Below, piece after piece: positions 33,174-44,419 of a DNA stretch of 64,000 nt. Made by a program: the position numbers and the translations under genes. The notes beneath the pieces are model-generated. The model was not told where the DNA came from and searched no databases. It was given only the letters and a program-made list of their open reading frames with translations. The stretch lies in assembly GCA_000165345.1 (NCBI GenBank), contig CM000433.1, positions 448,001 to 512,000 on the forward strand. The letters are read 5' to 3'. The first letter of the stretch is position 1. Each line of letters opens with the position of its first letter.

Positions 33174-34448
33174 CTATTCGAAGAAAATCCTGAAGAAAGG
33201 AGAGTACCTTACGAAGAACCCAAAAATACTTGAAATGATCTGGATAACCAATAGGTAATAAACTAACTGCCTTTCTGTTAAAGGGCCCGTGACCTCCAAA
33301 ACCAGATTAAGAAGAGTAAGATTCTTAGAAGATTCTAGCTTTCCTGTCTTTTTATTTAGTTTAGGAACTCTATGTCTTGGGCAATGAACAATTCCAAAGA
33401 GTTGTGGAATTGAAATAATAAAGTTCAAAATTTGTGGGAGAAAGAAAAGAAGAAGAGTCTTTGAAAAATGCCCCAAAATACTTACAATAGCAAAACAAGC
33501 TCCTGCAAAGTAAGTATAAGTATCGCCAACAAATACCAAAGAAGGATACCTGTTAAAATGGAATAGCGACAGACTTGAAGCTGTAAAGGGAAGTAAGAGT
33601 AAAATTGAAAAAAAATGGTGGTTTGATTTAAAGCTGAATTGCCAATTTGGTAGTATTGTAAGCATCTCAATTATGTTATAAACAATTATTGAAGCTGAGA
33701 TTATTATCGATTGTCCAACTTCTAGACCATTCACTCCTGCATATATATTTATGGAATTTGTACAAAATACTGTCAGGCATAACATATAAAGGTAATAAAA
33801 ATACCCCAAATCTATCAAAATCCTTGCTGAATAGTCTCCACCTGTCTGAAATAAAGGCAAAACTATTTGAGTACCTCCATTATAAGAAACCAAAGTTGGT
33901 AAAGCTGCAAATACTGGTAATACCATCTTATATCTCCATTTCAAATTTAATACATCATCCACAAATCCAAGAAATGTCATCATACAAATTGAAAACAATC
34001 CTGAATTATACTCTAATAATTTTACTGGATCATTACTAAATAGAATTTGGCTGCAAATTGCTGTCATCATAAACATACTTGCCGGTACTATACCTAATGA
34101 TTCTGGTATCTTCTTCTCTACTATATCTTTTTTATCTAATATTACAAGTTCATTGTTTTTACATTCATTTTCTTCCAATAAATTCGTCTTTGAATTAATG
34201 TTACTAATACTGTCACTTCTTTTGTTAATGTCTATTCCAAAAAGACCATTCTCAAGAAGTTTCTCTCCGAATGTTGGAATCAATTTGCTACAAACCAAAT
34301 AAGTTAGCAAAGAAGATATTGAACATATTAGTGTATGTAGAAAATAACTTGTTTTGAATAGAGAAATATTTGTAATCACCAATAATATAATTAATATTGT
34401 TATTATAACAAATTCTCCACTTCTTTGAAATTTATTATTATTTACCAT
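33174..34448 (-). CDS. ALG7: UDP-GlcNAc:dolichyl-phosphate GlcNAc-1-phosphate transferase (ALG7/DPAGT1).
   Basis: ATG at 34448. It is a multi-TM protein with family signatures 'NLKWRYKMVLP', 'NSINIYAGVNGLEVGQS' and 'VFVGDTYTYFAGA'. The C-terminus 'LTLLNLVLEVTGPLTERQL' matches the DPAGT1 C-terminus. Confidence 0.9.
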   Translation of the reverse strand: MVNNNKFQRSGEFVIITILIILLVITNISLFKTSYFLHTLICSISSLLTYLVCSKLIPTFGEKLLENGLFGIDINKRSDSISNINSKTNLLEENECKNNELVILDKKDIVEKKIPESLGIVPASMFMMTAICSQILFSNDPVKLLEYNSGLFSICMMTFLGFVDDVLNLKWRYKMVLPVFAALPTLVSYNGGTQIVLPLFQTGGDYSARILIDLGYFYYLYMLCLTVFCTNSINIYAGVNGLEVGQSIIISASIIVYNIIEMLTILPNWQFSFKSNHHFFSILLLLPFTASSLSLFHFNRYPSLVFVGDTYTYFAGACFAIVSILGHFSKTLLLFFLPQILNFIISIPQLFGIVHCPRHRVPKLNKKTGKLESSKNLTLLNLVLEVTGPLTERQLVYYLLVIQIISSIFGFFVRYSPFFRIFFE

Positions 34449-34936
34449 TATAATTAAGGCTTTAAAGAAGAAAAAAAAATCTGAAATTTTCTATTACTTC
34501 AAATCTTAATAAAATTATTTTAAAAACAAAAAAAGATATATCTTTCTTTATTAATTATTTAGTTTTCAATTCCTTTAATAATCACGTTTTGCTTCTCTCT
34601 TAATAATTTATCAATCATTCATTATACTGACTTGGAAGATATATTCAATAGTTCATAAACTATTTGGTACAAATTCAAGCTTCTTTTTATTATGATCAAC
34701 TTATTAGCTCATTTTATTATTATTGCAATAATCTTATTCTAATTTCTGACTGTTTTCCTTTATATTATTTCCAGTAAATCAGCCAGTATTTCTCCTTATA
34801 TTAGCACACAAACCTGAACAATTTGTCTTTTTTTCAGCCTTAATTACATTACTTTCTTATGTTATTTAATTAAATTTTTATAATAAAATAAATATTGACC
34901 AATTTAAAGCTTAAACAAAAAAAAACCCTCCAGACT

Positions 34937-35008
34937 TTTTTCTTCTTTTTCCCCCCCTCAACATTTTTTTTTCTCTTCTCTCTCTTTCTCTTTCCCCCCC
35001 CTCCACTC
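34937..35008. repeat. Polypyrimidine CT/C-rich tract with two C7-8 runs, in the AT-rich intergenic region between ALG7 and the downstream large gene.
   Basis: This is seen directly: ttttccccccctcaacatttttttttctcttctctctctttctctttcccccccctcc. Confidence 0.9.
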
Positions 35009-35030
35009 AAATGAACAGCCATGCAATAAT

Positions 35031-38000
35031 TCAATTTCTAGCTTGGCCAGGGGGATAAAAATAAAATGATCCTTGATTTTTGTTAGTTAAACCTTCAACA
35101 TACATATATCTTTTGACTTCTTCAGATCCTCCAGATTTCCCACAATAATAGTTAACATGATAGTTACTTCTTCCTAATTCATTAACATACTTATTATTAG
35201 GTTTGATAAAATATTCGGGATATTTTATTTGAGTATGATTATCTCCACCATTATAGTAGTAACTGCTGGTATTAACGTTATTACTATTACTGTTACTAAT
35301 ATTACTAAAATCCCGAATATTCGAATAATTATTGGATGTTGGGGAATTAGAATTACTACCCAAATAGTAACTGTAATAGTTTTTGGTATTATTAATAGGT
35401 TCTAAACTTTTAGGTGAAATATGATTATAATCTTCATATTCGTAATTGTATTTGGGAGTATTTTCTATAATTACTTGACTGTTTTTTGGGATGTTATAAT
35501 TATTTTTTGGACTAAATACTTTAATAGATTCTTCAGAATTACTTTCTGGATAATCTTTTATATATCTTCTACTAGTTTCTTGAGTAATAATATCATATCT
35601 ATTATTACCTGGCTTAATGTATCTTTCCCTATTGTATTTAATATTTGAGCTGGTACTATTTTTAAAGTTATGATCAGTTTCTATTTCAACTTGATCATTG
35701 TTAGCATATCCAGATTTTAATCTTTGAGCTTTTTTGACTAATCTAGTATTATCAAGAATCTTATATATTTCATTTCTAAATATTGAATCAACTTTTTTAT
35801 CTTTTTCAAGGAAATTGGTTGTTTCAGGAACTTGAGAAGAAGTTGATTGATTTTGATCTTCTTTAATATGCTCAAAATGGGTGTTAACACCTTTTTCTTG
35901 GTAATTATTATTAAATTTTGGAATAATTTCTGTGTTAACTGAAGCATCTAAAAATATCTTAGGATTAAAAATTTCATGTGTTGGTAGTATTTCTTCTATG
36001 ACAATATATCCTTCTTCTTTATTTAAAGACGGTCTTTCATTAATATAATTAGAAGAATCAGGCTGAATATCATCAAATTTTACTTTCAAATCAATATCTT
36101 TTTTAGTATAACTTTCTTCTTGATTAAATATAGAGATTTTGTTGTTAATTTCTCTAAATTTCTTATTAAGCTTATTATTAATTCTATAAAGTTTATTAAA
36201 CTGTTTAATTTTATTAACTTTACTACGAGAATGTTGAGTCTTTAAAGCTTCAGATATAAATTCAGAAGATATGTTTGGATGATCATTTTTTCCTGAACAA
36301 CATTCTAATGCTTGAAAAGAATAACCCACCATACCATGTTGATTCTTGACTTGTTTCTCAGAAATAAGCATTGTATTCTCAAATAAGAATTTGTCTGAAG
36401 ATATACTCATAAACAATGAATCATCAATCTCTTGAATACTAACTTGTTGATATAAATGAGGATGATCTTTGTGTAAATCTTGTTGAAGTTGAAAATTAAA
36501 GTGTGTATCCTTTTCTTCAGCTTGATTTTCAAGGCTATTCATATTATATTCATCAGAATTAAGATTTGCATGAGTATGTAAGTTATTAAATAGCTCATTA
36601 TACTCGTCAATATTTAAATTAGTATTCAAGATTTCATCTTCCATTCTTTCAACCATTGTTTGAGTAGTGTCAAAATGATTTTGATGTAAAAGATGAGTTT
36701 CTTCCTCTTCTTTTTCTTCTTCTTCTTTATTAATAATCGAATTATATTCATTTAAGGAGCTTTCCATTGAAGCTTGAATTTCATGATTAATTTCTATATG
36801 CTCTTGATCTGGAGGCTTTTCAATTGTTCCATGGAAGATATTAAGACGATTAGAGTCAATAATTTCTTGGATTAAAGAAATCTCTGAGAGATCTGGAATT
36901 TGTATGATATTTGTATGATCTTGCTTGTTTGCTATGCTGATATGGCTTAATTCTTCCATAATTGTATTTGAATCTGTTGCTATATTTTCTAGTATCTCAT
37001 CCAAATGATTTGTTTCAAAATTAATCTGATCAACTTCTTTTTGTTGATCTTCTGAATAATTTGAATTACTTACAATATTTAAGTAATTTTGTTCGTCTTC
37101 TTTGCTATTTTGGTTCTCTGTCTCTTTTTCTTCTAATTCTTTTTCTTTGTTTTCCTGATACTCCTTTTCGTCTTCCAATTCTTCTTTGTTTTCCTGTTCT
37201 TCTACTTTGCTTTCCTGATCCTCTTTTTTGTCTTCCATGTCATTATTTTTCTCCGGTTCTTCTTTGTTTTCCAAATCTTCTTCTTTGTTTTTCAGTTCAC
37301 CTTTTTCGTTTTCCAGGTCATTCCTCTTTTCCAATTCCTCTTTTTCGCCCTCCAATTCTTCTCCATTTTCCATGCCATCCTTTTTATCCAAATTTTCTTC
37401 CTTTTCCGTCTCTTCTTCTTTATTTTCCTTCAAATCTTCTTCCTTGTCTATCTCTAACTTTTCAACAGGATTCAATTCTAACTCTGAATCAAGTGAATTA
37501 ACTTGTAACTCTGGATTTATTATGTTTGTTTGAGATTGCTTATTTTCCTCAATAATCTCCTTTTCATTATCTTCTTGTAAAGTGACTGAAGTATGATCTT
37601 TATTTCCTTCTTCTGATAAAGTTTCTACCAAAGGAAGATGTATTTCTTCTATATTGGTTTCTTTTTTCATTTTTCCATGAATAACATTCAGAGGTAATTG
37701 ATTCTTATCATTATTTTTTTCCTTTTCAAAGCAATCAACATCTTGTTTTATATCAACATTTTCTTCTTTATTAATCTCTGAATACAAAACAAATTCATTC
37801 TTCTCTTCCTTATTATCTTCCTCTTCTTCAGTATCATGAATATAAAATTCTGAATCAGAAACTTCATCATTTAAAAAACTACTCTTCTTCAGTTCATCAA
37901 TTGGTTGATTAGAATCAACATTTAAATCATTATTTGTTTTCCTCCTTTCCTCTAATTCATCCAAACTTACTGGCTTTACATAATCCCAAATAGAGTTTGC

Positions 38001-39314
38001 AAAATTATAAATAATTTGTCTTTTGGACTTCCTTATTGGAGTGCTTACCAAAGAACCATTGTGAGAATTACTCAATTTTGTACTTGTATTCATAAGAATT
38101 TCCTGATCATTTATATTACCATAATTATTCAAATGACTTATTATTTCTTGAGATTTGCTTCTTTTTAAATCTTCTACTTTATTCAATTCCACTTTTTCAT
38201 CAAGTGATTCATTATTATTTTCAAATGTCTTATTCTCTTCTAATTTTACATTTGAATTATTAATCTCTTTAGTATTCAATTCAACTTCTTCTATATGACT
38301 TTTAAGCAACTCAGATTCATCATTATCCTTATTTTTACTCTCGCCTTCTATAGTTTTTGACTCACTTTGTTTTCTCTCCAATTCATCCAAACTTACTGGC
38401 TTTACATAATCCCAAACAGAATTTGCAAAATTATAAAGCATCTTTCGTTTAGAAAACTTTTTTGGTGAAGAAGATTCTGATTTACTTACTTCTTGAATAC
38501 TATCGTGATTCTCTTCTTTTTTTGTAGATAAATCCATATCATCTAATGATGAATTAACAATTTCCAATAAATTTCCATGTTTTTTGTCTTTTACTACATC
38601 ATCATTCTTTTTTATGTCATTAATAAATTGATCATTAATATCATCATTTTTCTTTGGTGTTAATTCTTTTTCTTTCTTAATTTTGTCATCTAATATTTCA
38701 TCAAACAAATTTTCATATGTATCTATCTTTTCTTCAGGTTTTGTAAGATCAATAACAACATTATCTTGTTTCAAATTATTAATAATCTCTTCATGTTTCT
38801 CTTCAACTATATCCAATAATTCATCATTATCTGAAGAACTACTACTTTCACTAGAATCTGTATCAAACGAACTATTGTTATATTCACTTACACTTCTAAA
38901 TGAGTCTTCCAAACTTAAAAAACTATTAGTTTTTACTTCTTTATCATCATTTCCATCTTTGATTAAACTTTTGAAATTATTGGAATTTGCAACCATTTTC
39001 TTAGATAATTCTCTTATCATCTTTAATTCATCATTTTCTGTTAGAGTTGTTGATTTCTCTTCTTCAGACTTATTTTTATTCTTATTCAAAGACTTTCTTT
39101 TTTTTTCTGCTTTTTTTAATTCTGATTTAGTCATTAATTTCGTCTCTTTTTCAAAATTCTCATTTTCATTATCATCAGAATTTATAGAATTCTTTTTGAT
39201 CTTTCTTCTTTGCTTATAACTTAAATCATCTAATTCAAATATTGGCTTTGGCTCCAAACCTACGTCACTAAATGATAACTTTTTTGAAGATTTGGCCTTT
39301 TTTAATTTGGACAT
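35031..39314 (-). CDS. Large acidic low-complexity protein of about 1427 aa, N/K/E/D/S-rich. It has an internal duplicated 25-aa motif and a Tyr/Asn-rich C-terminus.
   Basis: The ORF-track start at 39326 is TTG preceded by TGA. The first ATG is 39314 (MSKLKKAK...). The motif 'YNFANS[VI]WDYVKPVSLDELE' occurs twice, about 120 aa apart. It has an E/K-rich coiled-coil block. I recognise no catalytic domain. Confidence 0.65.
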   Translation of the reverse strand: MSKLKKAKSSKKLSFSDVGLEPKPIFELDDLSYKQRRKIKKNSINSDDNENENFEKETKLMTKSELKKAEKKRKSLNKNKNKSEEEKSTTLTENDELKMIRELSKKMVANSNNFKSLIKDGNDDKEVKTNSFLSLEDSFRSVSEYNNSSFDTDSSESSSSSDNDELLDIVEEKHEEIINNLKQDNVVIDLTKPEEKIDTYENLFDEILDDKIKKEKELTPKKNDDINDQFINDIKKNDDVVKDKKHGNLLEIVNSSLDDMDLSTKKEENHDSIQEVSKSESSSPKKFSKRKMLYNFANSVWDYVKPVSLDELERKQSESKTIEGESKNKDNDESELLKSHIEEVELNTKEINNSNVKLEENKTFENNNESLDEKVELNKVEDLKRSKSQEIISHLNNYGNINDQEILMNTSTKLSNSHNGSLVSTPIRKSKRQIIYNFANSIWDYVKPVSLDELEERRKTNNDLNVDSNQPIDELKKSSFLNDEVSDSEFYIHDTEEEEDNKEEKNEFVLYSEINKEENVDIKQDVDCFEKEKNNDKNQLPLNVIHGKMKKETNIEEIHLPLVETLSEEGNKDHTSVTLQEDNEKEIIEENKQSQTNIINPELQVNSLDSELELNPVEKLEIDKEEDLKENKEEETEKEENLDKKDGMENGEELEGEKEELEKRNDLENEKGELKNKEEDLENKEEPEKNNDMEDKKEDQESKVEEQENKEELEDEKEYQENKEKELEEKETENQNSKEDEQNYLNIVSNSNYSEDQQKEVDQINFETNHLDEILENIATDSNTIMEELSHISIANKQDHTNIIQIPDLSEISLIQEIIDSNRLNIFHGTIEKPPDQEHIEINHEIQASMESSLNEYNSIINKEEEEKEEEETHLLHQNHFDTTQTMVERMEDEILNTNLNIDEYNELFNNLHTHANLNSDEYNMNSLENQAEEKDTHFNFQLQQDLHKDHPHLYQQVSIQEIDDSLFMSISSDKFLFENTMLISEKQVKNQHGMVGYSFQALECCSGKNDHPNISSEFISEALKTQHSRSKVNKIKQFNKLYRINNKLNKKFREINNKISIFNQEESYTKKDIDLKVKFDDIQPDSSNYINERPSLNKEEGYIVIEEILPTHEIFNPKIFLDASVNTEIIPKFNNNYQEKGVNTHFEHIKEDQNQSTSSQVPETTNFLEKDKKVDSIFRNEIYKILDNTRLVKKAQRLKSGYANNDQVEIETDHNFKNSTSSNIKYNRERYIKPGNNRYDIITQETSRRYIKDYPESNSEESIKVFSPKNNYNIPKNSQVIIENTPKYNYEYEDYNHISPKSLEPINNTKNYYSYYLGSNSNSPTSNNYSNIRDFSNISNSNSNNVNTSSYYYNGGDNHTQIKYPEYFIKPNNKYVNELGRSNYHVNYYCGKSGGSEEVKRYMYVEGLTNKNQGSFYFYPPGQARN

Positions 39315-40363
39315 TTTTTTTACCAATTTCCTCCCTTTAAGTTGAATATTTCAACACTTTTTTTATATGTAAAATTGGTCTTGCAAGTTAATTAATTCAA
39401 CTATTTGTTATTTTAAATCATACATTAATAACCTTTAAATATTTATTATTAATTATCTAAATGTAATTTTCTCTCAGATTATTTCCACATATACATATAT
39501 ATATATATATTTTTTTTAATTTGGTTTTCCTTAGTTAATCTTGTGCAAATAACTTATTCCTTAATATTATATTCTTTCATTTAATTCTGATGTATTGCTT
39601 TAATACATTAATGCATATTCATTTAATATATCCAACGTTATTTGTCTTTAATTTATTCAATTCTTTCTTTATATTGTCGTTTGACTTTTCAGTCTATTTC
39701 TAATTACTTCTTTCTTTTATATTTAAACATGGTACCATATTTATTTTTTTTACTATTAATAAATACATGTAATTTTTGGCGCCGACTCAATGCAATTTTG
39801 ATCAGGCGTATTTTGTCTTAAATTGACTAAGATAACAAAAATTGATTTGTTTATTATTCTTTATCTTTTTTCTTACATATGGTTGAATTTAGAATATCCT
39901 TTGCTTTCTCTTTAATATATCACTTGAATTCTTGTTATATTCTTTTTGATTTAAGTTTCCTTTCAAACTCATAGTTTGTAGTTATAATATAATAAATGTC
40001 AAAAAAAAAAAAATTCTTTTTTTAATTAATTAATTAAATAATAAATTATTGTCATTTCAGGCCCTTCTTATTATTATTCAAGTTTTAATTTTATGTGGAC
40101 AATTTAGTTTACATTGCATGCAAATTGTACATTCACGCAATACCGGTATGCAATAAAAAAAACTTTTTTCTCTGAATGTTAAAAAAACCGCATGCAAAAA
40201 AAAATGAGAAAAGAGGTTTTAAATATGAAAATATATTTGTTTTTTCTTAAAACAGTTATAAAATCTAAGTTTTGAAATTTTGATATTGTTGGTAAATAAT
40301 GCCAATATATTATTAATTTTCACTTATTTATTTTATTAATTGAAAAGCCACCTTAAGCGGCTC

Positions 40364-41245
40364 TTAAAATAAATAATTCTTTAATATTTTTGAAGTATTG
40401 ATATTTTTATCTTCTTCATACTCATCTCCCTCATCTTCACTCTCATATTTACTCTGATTTTTTATAGGATATGATATCATAGACTTTGATGAAACTTGCT
40501 TAACCTGAGAAAGATGACCTTTATTATTAGAATTTAAAGTTTCATCATTTTCTATGTCTTCAGAAGTAGTATCAGTATCAACATCACTATTAACGGCTTG
40601 ATGTTGATTATAAAGCATATTATTTCTTGCTTGATTTCTCATTTCTTTGAATTTTTCAAATGGATCTTTTTTTACTTTATTTTGCTCAACCGACTCCTTT
40701 GACTTCTCCTCTTTCAAATTTTTACGTTCATTTTCTTTGGCTTCATTTTCCATTTCTTTTGCTTGTTTTTTCTGAAGACGCTCTTGTTTCTTTCTTTCTT
40801 GTTCTTCTCTTCGTTTCTGTCTCTTTAGTTCCTCCTCTCTTTTTTTCTCCAGTTCTTTTTGTTTCTTTAACTCCTCTTCTCTTTTTTTCTCTTGCTCTTT
40901 TTGTCTTTTTAACTCCTCTTCTTTTTTTATTTCTTCTTGTTTCATTTTCTTCTCCATTCTTTCTTGCTTCCTTTTATTTATTTTCTTTTTTTTCATACGT
41001 TTTTCTTTAGTAGATACTCTCTTCTTCGATTTTTTTTTGTCATTTCTTGTACTCTTTTTGTTTTTCCTTTGCTTCTTTTGCTTTTTTTTCTTATTCCTAG
41101 ATTTACCTCTTTTTCTTTTCATCAATTCTAAAATTGAGACTTGTGAAGAATATTTGACGAGGCCTTTTTCCTCCACATCTTTTTCCAAGCTTGTAATATA
41201 AATCAATATTATTGCAATTAATAGCCAAAACTTTGAAATATTCAT
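40364..41245 (-). CDS. Secreted Lys/Glu-rich protein with 'EEELKRQKEQEKKR' heptad-like repeats.
   Basis: ATG at 41243-41245. It has an N-terminal signal peptide 'MNISKFWLLIAIILIYITSLE' followed by an extremely basic/acidic repetitive body. Confidence 0.6.
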   Translation of the reverse strand: MNISKFWLLIAIILIYITSLEKDVEEKGLVKYSSQVSILELMKRKRGKSRNKKKKQKKQRKNKKSTRNDKKKSKKRVSTKEKRMKKKKINKRKQERMEKKMKQEEIKKEEELKRQKEQEKKREEELKKQKELEKKREEELKRQKRREEQERKKQERLQKKQAKEMENEAKENERKNLKEEKSKESVEQNKVKKDPFEKFKEMRNQARNNMLYNQHQAVNSDVDTDTTSEDIENDETLNSNNKGHLSQVKQVSSKSMISYPIKNQSKYESEDEGDEYEEDKNINTSKILKNYLF

Positions 41246-41670
41246 TTCCTCCTCTTTCTTAAACGAGTTATTATTAAAGGTAATAAATTATTACTTGTAT
41301 GAATATCTTTCTTTTGATCTCTATATTATATGCATGTGAATTTATTAATACTATTAAAAGAGGGAAACATTTTCGAAATTCATTCCCACATATTTAAAGT
41401 ACACAAAAGAAAAATATTACATGCATGCATACATGAATTCAATTTTTACATAAAACTACATGCAAAACTTAAGAGTGAGCATGATGAACCAATCAAATTA
41501 AAAAAAAAAAAGAAATAAGAAATTATGTAAGATTTAAATTTCTCTATATTGTGTGGAAAAATCTAAATAAAATTTTTCCTCTTCTTTGTTTTTATTGCAA
41601 TTCATTTTCATTTCATGTTTAATTTGCTTAATTGTTAAGCAGTCATGGCATTTTTAAATAGCAAATTTAG

Positions 41671-41683
41671 TTTGGCGCCAAAT
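41671..41683. promoter_or_regulatory. Palindromic E2F-type site TTTGGCGCCAAAT.
   Basis: It matches the perfect consensus TTTSGCGCSAAA. It lies in a 1.4-kb intergenic region that is upstream of the kinase gene at 42675 and of the minus-strand K/E-rich gene whose start is 41245. Confidence 0.35.
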
Positions 41684-42674
41684 CCTCGTCTTGTCGATTT
41701 GATTAAAAATATTAAAAATAAAAAAAAAATTATTTTCTGTTTTTTAATTGAATATTTATAAAATGAATTTTAATAAATAAAAAAAGTAATTTATAATTTA
41801 TTAATGTAATTAAGCAGCAAAGATGTGTTTGTTAATCAGATCTATTATAATCTGATGGTATCTAAAGACTAATAAGAAATTAAGTTATGAAACTTGGAAA
41901 AAACTAAATATCCAGGTCAAAAATGACAATTTTCGTTATAAATCGAAAATAATAATTTCCGATTTTATTCATATTCTCCATATAATTTGGACTGATGTTT
42001 ATTAAATAAAACATTTTTATTGCTTTATAATTTTACTATTATTTTTATTATATTTACTACCAAATATTTTTAATTTGTATATTTCAGACGCATAACCATC
42101 TAATATAAAGTTGGCAAATTATTTAGATGATATTAAAATGATGATAAACAAAAACAATTTGGGTAATTTGCGTCTGAAATTTAATAAGATGCATAACGTT
42201 TTTTTTTATCTGATTAATTTTCATTTTAATAAAAAGCCAAGCTCTAATTGGAACAAATCACTGATATTTTATAACATGAAAATATAATGTTACATTTCTA
42301 TTCTATATTTTTATGTTCACGACAAAGATTTAAAAATGATTTCAGAAGATTATTTTATGACCAATTTGAAAGCTTGACAAAAAACTTAGTGTTTATTGCA
42401 TGTTGATTGTAGCATATTAATTTGACAGATGCCCGCCTTTTATGTCTAGATATTTATATCCATGTAAATCTCAAAATATAAAATAAAGTGATTGAAGTTA
42501 GTTTGAAAATATTTTTATTATTAGATAGTTTTCTTAGATTTAAAAAATATTTGAAATTATGTATGAGGATAGTTGTTGATACTTTGTATAGGAAATCAAA
42601 TATTTCACGGAGAAGAGTGTGAGAATTGAAGACAGTTCATCAATAACTAATTCATCATTATTGAACTAATAATT

Positions 42675-43658
42675 ATGAATTGTACTTTGCCCATTTTAAA
42701 GTATAGCAGAGAATTACAACAAGATCTGCTACTCAGAAATTATGACATTCTGTGGGATGTAGACTTAGGAGGGAGCGAATTTTGTAGAGTAAAACTGGGC
42801 GTTCGCAAATACAATGGTGAATTGGTTGCAATAAAGATAGTAACAAAAACGTTCTGCAGTAACTTTGAAAAGGATGTTGTGTTATATATCCAAGACAAAT
42901 TAACAAGTAATACATCTTTATCCGAACCATTAAATACGAAAAGTTACAATGAATATTTTCCAAAAATTTTTGATACATTTGAAGATATTGATTTTATTTA
43001 CATTGTAATGGAATTGAGTTTTGGTGGTGAGCTTTTTCATTTACTGGTTAGATCTGAAGATAAATTAAGCGAAGAAACTGTGTCACTAATTTTCTCTCAA
43101 ATTTGTAGTGCTTTAAAAGCTCTTCATTCAATAGGAATAATGCATGGAGATATTAAAGCAGAAAATATTACGTTTTCTAAAGAAAGCCGGCTTGATTCAA
43201 TAAAGCTATTAGACTTTGGAAATTCTTGTCTGATGTTAGCTAACGAAAAATCAAGCTTGGGAAAAAATAATGTAGAAACACCAATTTATAATCAATGTTT
43301 TGTATTTAATGATTCAAAAAGAGAAATCCAATTTAATCAAACATATTTTGACTTTTGGTCTTGTGGAAAGCTTCTATACTTGATGCTTACAGGCAAATAT
43401 CTCGAAATAGATTTTTTTGAATGTTTTGACTTTAGTGATAGTACTAAAAAAAAGCTATTTGAGTCGTCAGAATTAAAACTTTGTAGTGACCTTGCTAAAG
43501 ATTTGTTATATAAGCTTCTTTCATATAGTTTTTATCAAAGTGAATCACTTACAATGGACAAAGTTTTGTGTCACCCGTGGTTTAATTTGGCTAAGAATAC
43601 ACCAATAATTAATCATCATATATATCCACACGACGAATTAATCAAAGTAATATCTTGA
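42675..43658 (+). CDS. Ser/Thr protein kinase-like protein (CAMK-like fold) with an atypical catalytic loop HGD and no APE motif.
   Basis: ATG at 42675. It has the subdomain I 'LGGSEFCRV', the VAIK lysine, 'HGDIKAEN' in place of HRDLKPEN, and DFG. No recognisable APE follows the activation segment. Confidence 0.75.
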   Translation: MNCTLPILKYSRELQQDLLLRNYDILWDVDLGGSEFCRVKLGVRKYNGELVAIKIVTKTFCSNFEKDVVLYIQDKLTSNTSLSEPLNTKSYNEYFPKIFDTFEDIDFIYIVMELSFGGELFHLLVRSEDKLSEETVSLIFSQICSALKALHSIGIMHGDIKAENITFSKESRLDSIKLLDFGNSCLMLANEKSSLGKNNVETPIYNQCFVFNDSKREIQFNQTYFDFWSCGKLLYLMLTGKYLEIDFFECFDFSDSTKKKLFESSELKLCSDLAKDLLYKLLSYSFYQSESLTMDKVLCHPWFNLAKNTPIINHHIYPHDELIKVIS

Positions 43659-43723
43659 AAAAAAAAGTTTGATGAGTAATTTATTAATAATATTTTTATA
43701 TATTAATATGCTTTATAGTTTTT

Positions 43724-44353
43724 TCAATGTTTAAAAGTTATTGATTTAATTGTCGAAGGGGACGAACATGTATCAGTATTATATTGAATAGACTCTGACG
43801 ATATATTATTTGAAATTGCTGTGAATAGTTCTATTTGATCTGGAGATTGAAGTTGATTATATAGACTACGACTTATATCTGCTTGAGAAGATACTGGGCT
43901 CGATAAAGGACTTATAAAATCTTTTTTTAACCTAAATGGGATTTCCAAAGTTCTTATCGGGTATTTTTCTCCTTCATTATATTTTGATTGCCTTCCTGCT
44001 TCTAAAGTATTCTTAAATTTTGTATTTACGTTTTCTGTCAAGGGAATTCTCAAATGACTTATTTCACGACTATCAAACCTCTTTATTATTGATTTTATTG
44101 CTACTGCAAGTAGTCCTAATATTGGAGCTGAAATAAGTAGTGACAATATCAATATTGTAAAAATTATTCCATTCGAGTAATTAGCAAGCTTTGTTGAATT
44201 GAATGATATTTCTAAATTCCCAATCCAGAGGACTTTTTCCTTTAATACATACAAATTGCTTGAAAGTAAATTACTCATCGAAACGTGATTATCCTTACAA
44301 GAAATTTTGTAATTGATAGAGATATTACTGTTATTTTCGTTGATAATCATCAT
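43724..44353 (-). CDS. Small membrane protein of 209 aa with one TM segment.
   Basis: ATG ATG at 44353. The TM segment is 'IIFTILILSLLISAPILGLLAVAI'. It lies 66 nt downstream of the stop of the 44420..45628 gene on the same strand. It may be the membrane anchor of that gene. Confidence 0.4.
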   Translation of the reverse strand: MMIINENNSNISINYKISCKDNHVSMSNLLSSNLYVLKEKVLWIGNLEISFNSTKLANYSNGIIFTILILSLLISAPILGLLAVAIKSIIKRFDSREISHLRIPLTENVNTKFKNTLEAGRQSKYNEGEKYPIRTLEIPFRLKKDFISPLSSPVSSQADISRSLYNQLQSPDQIELFTAISNNISSESIQYNTDTCSSPSTIKSITFKH

Positions 44354-44419
44354 GTTTATTATTGAAAATAATTTATAATTACTTGAAAATTTGTGTAAAT
44401 AATTGAATCCTTTGTTTTT

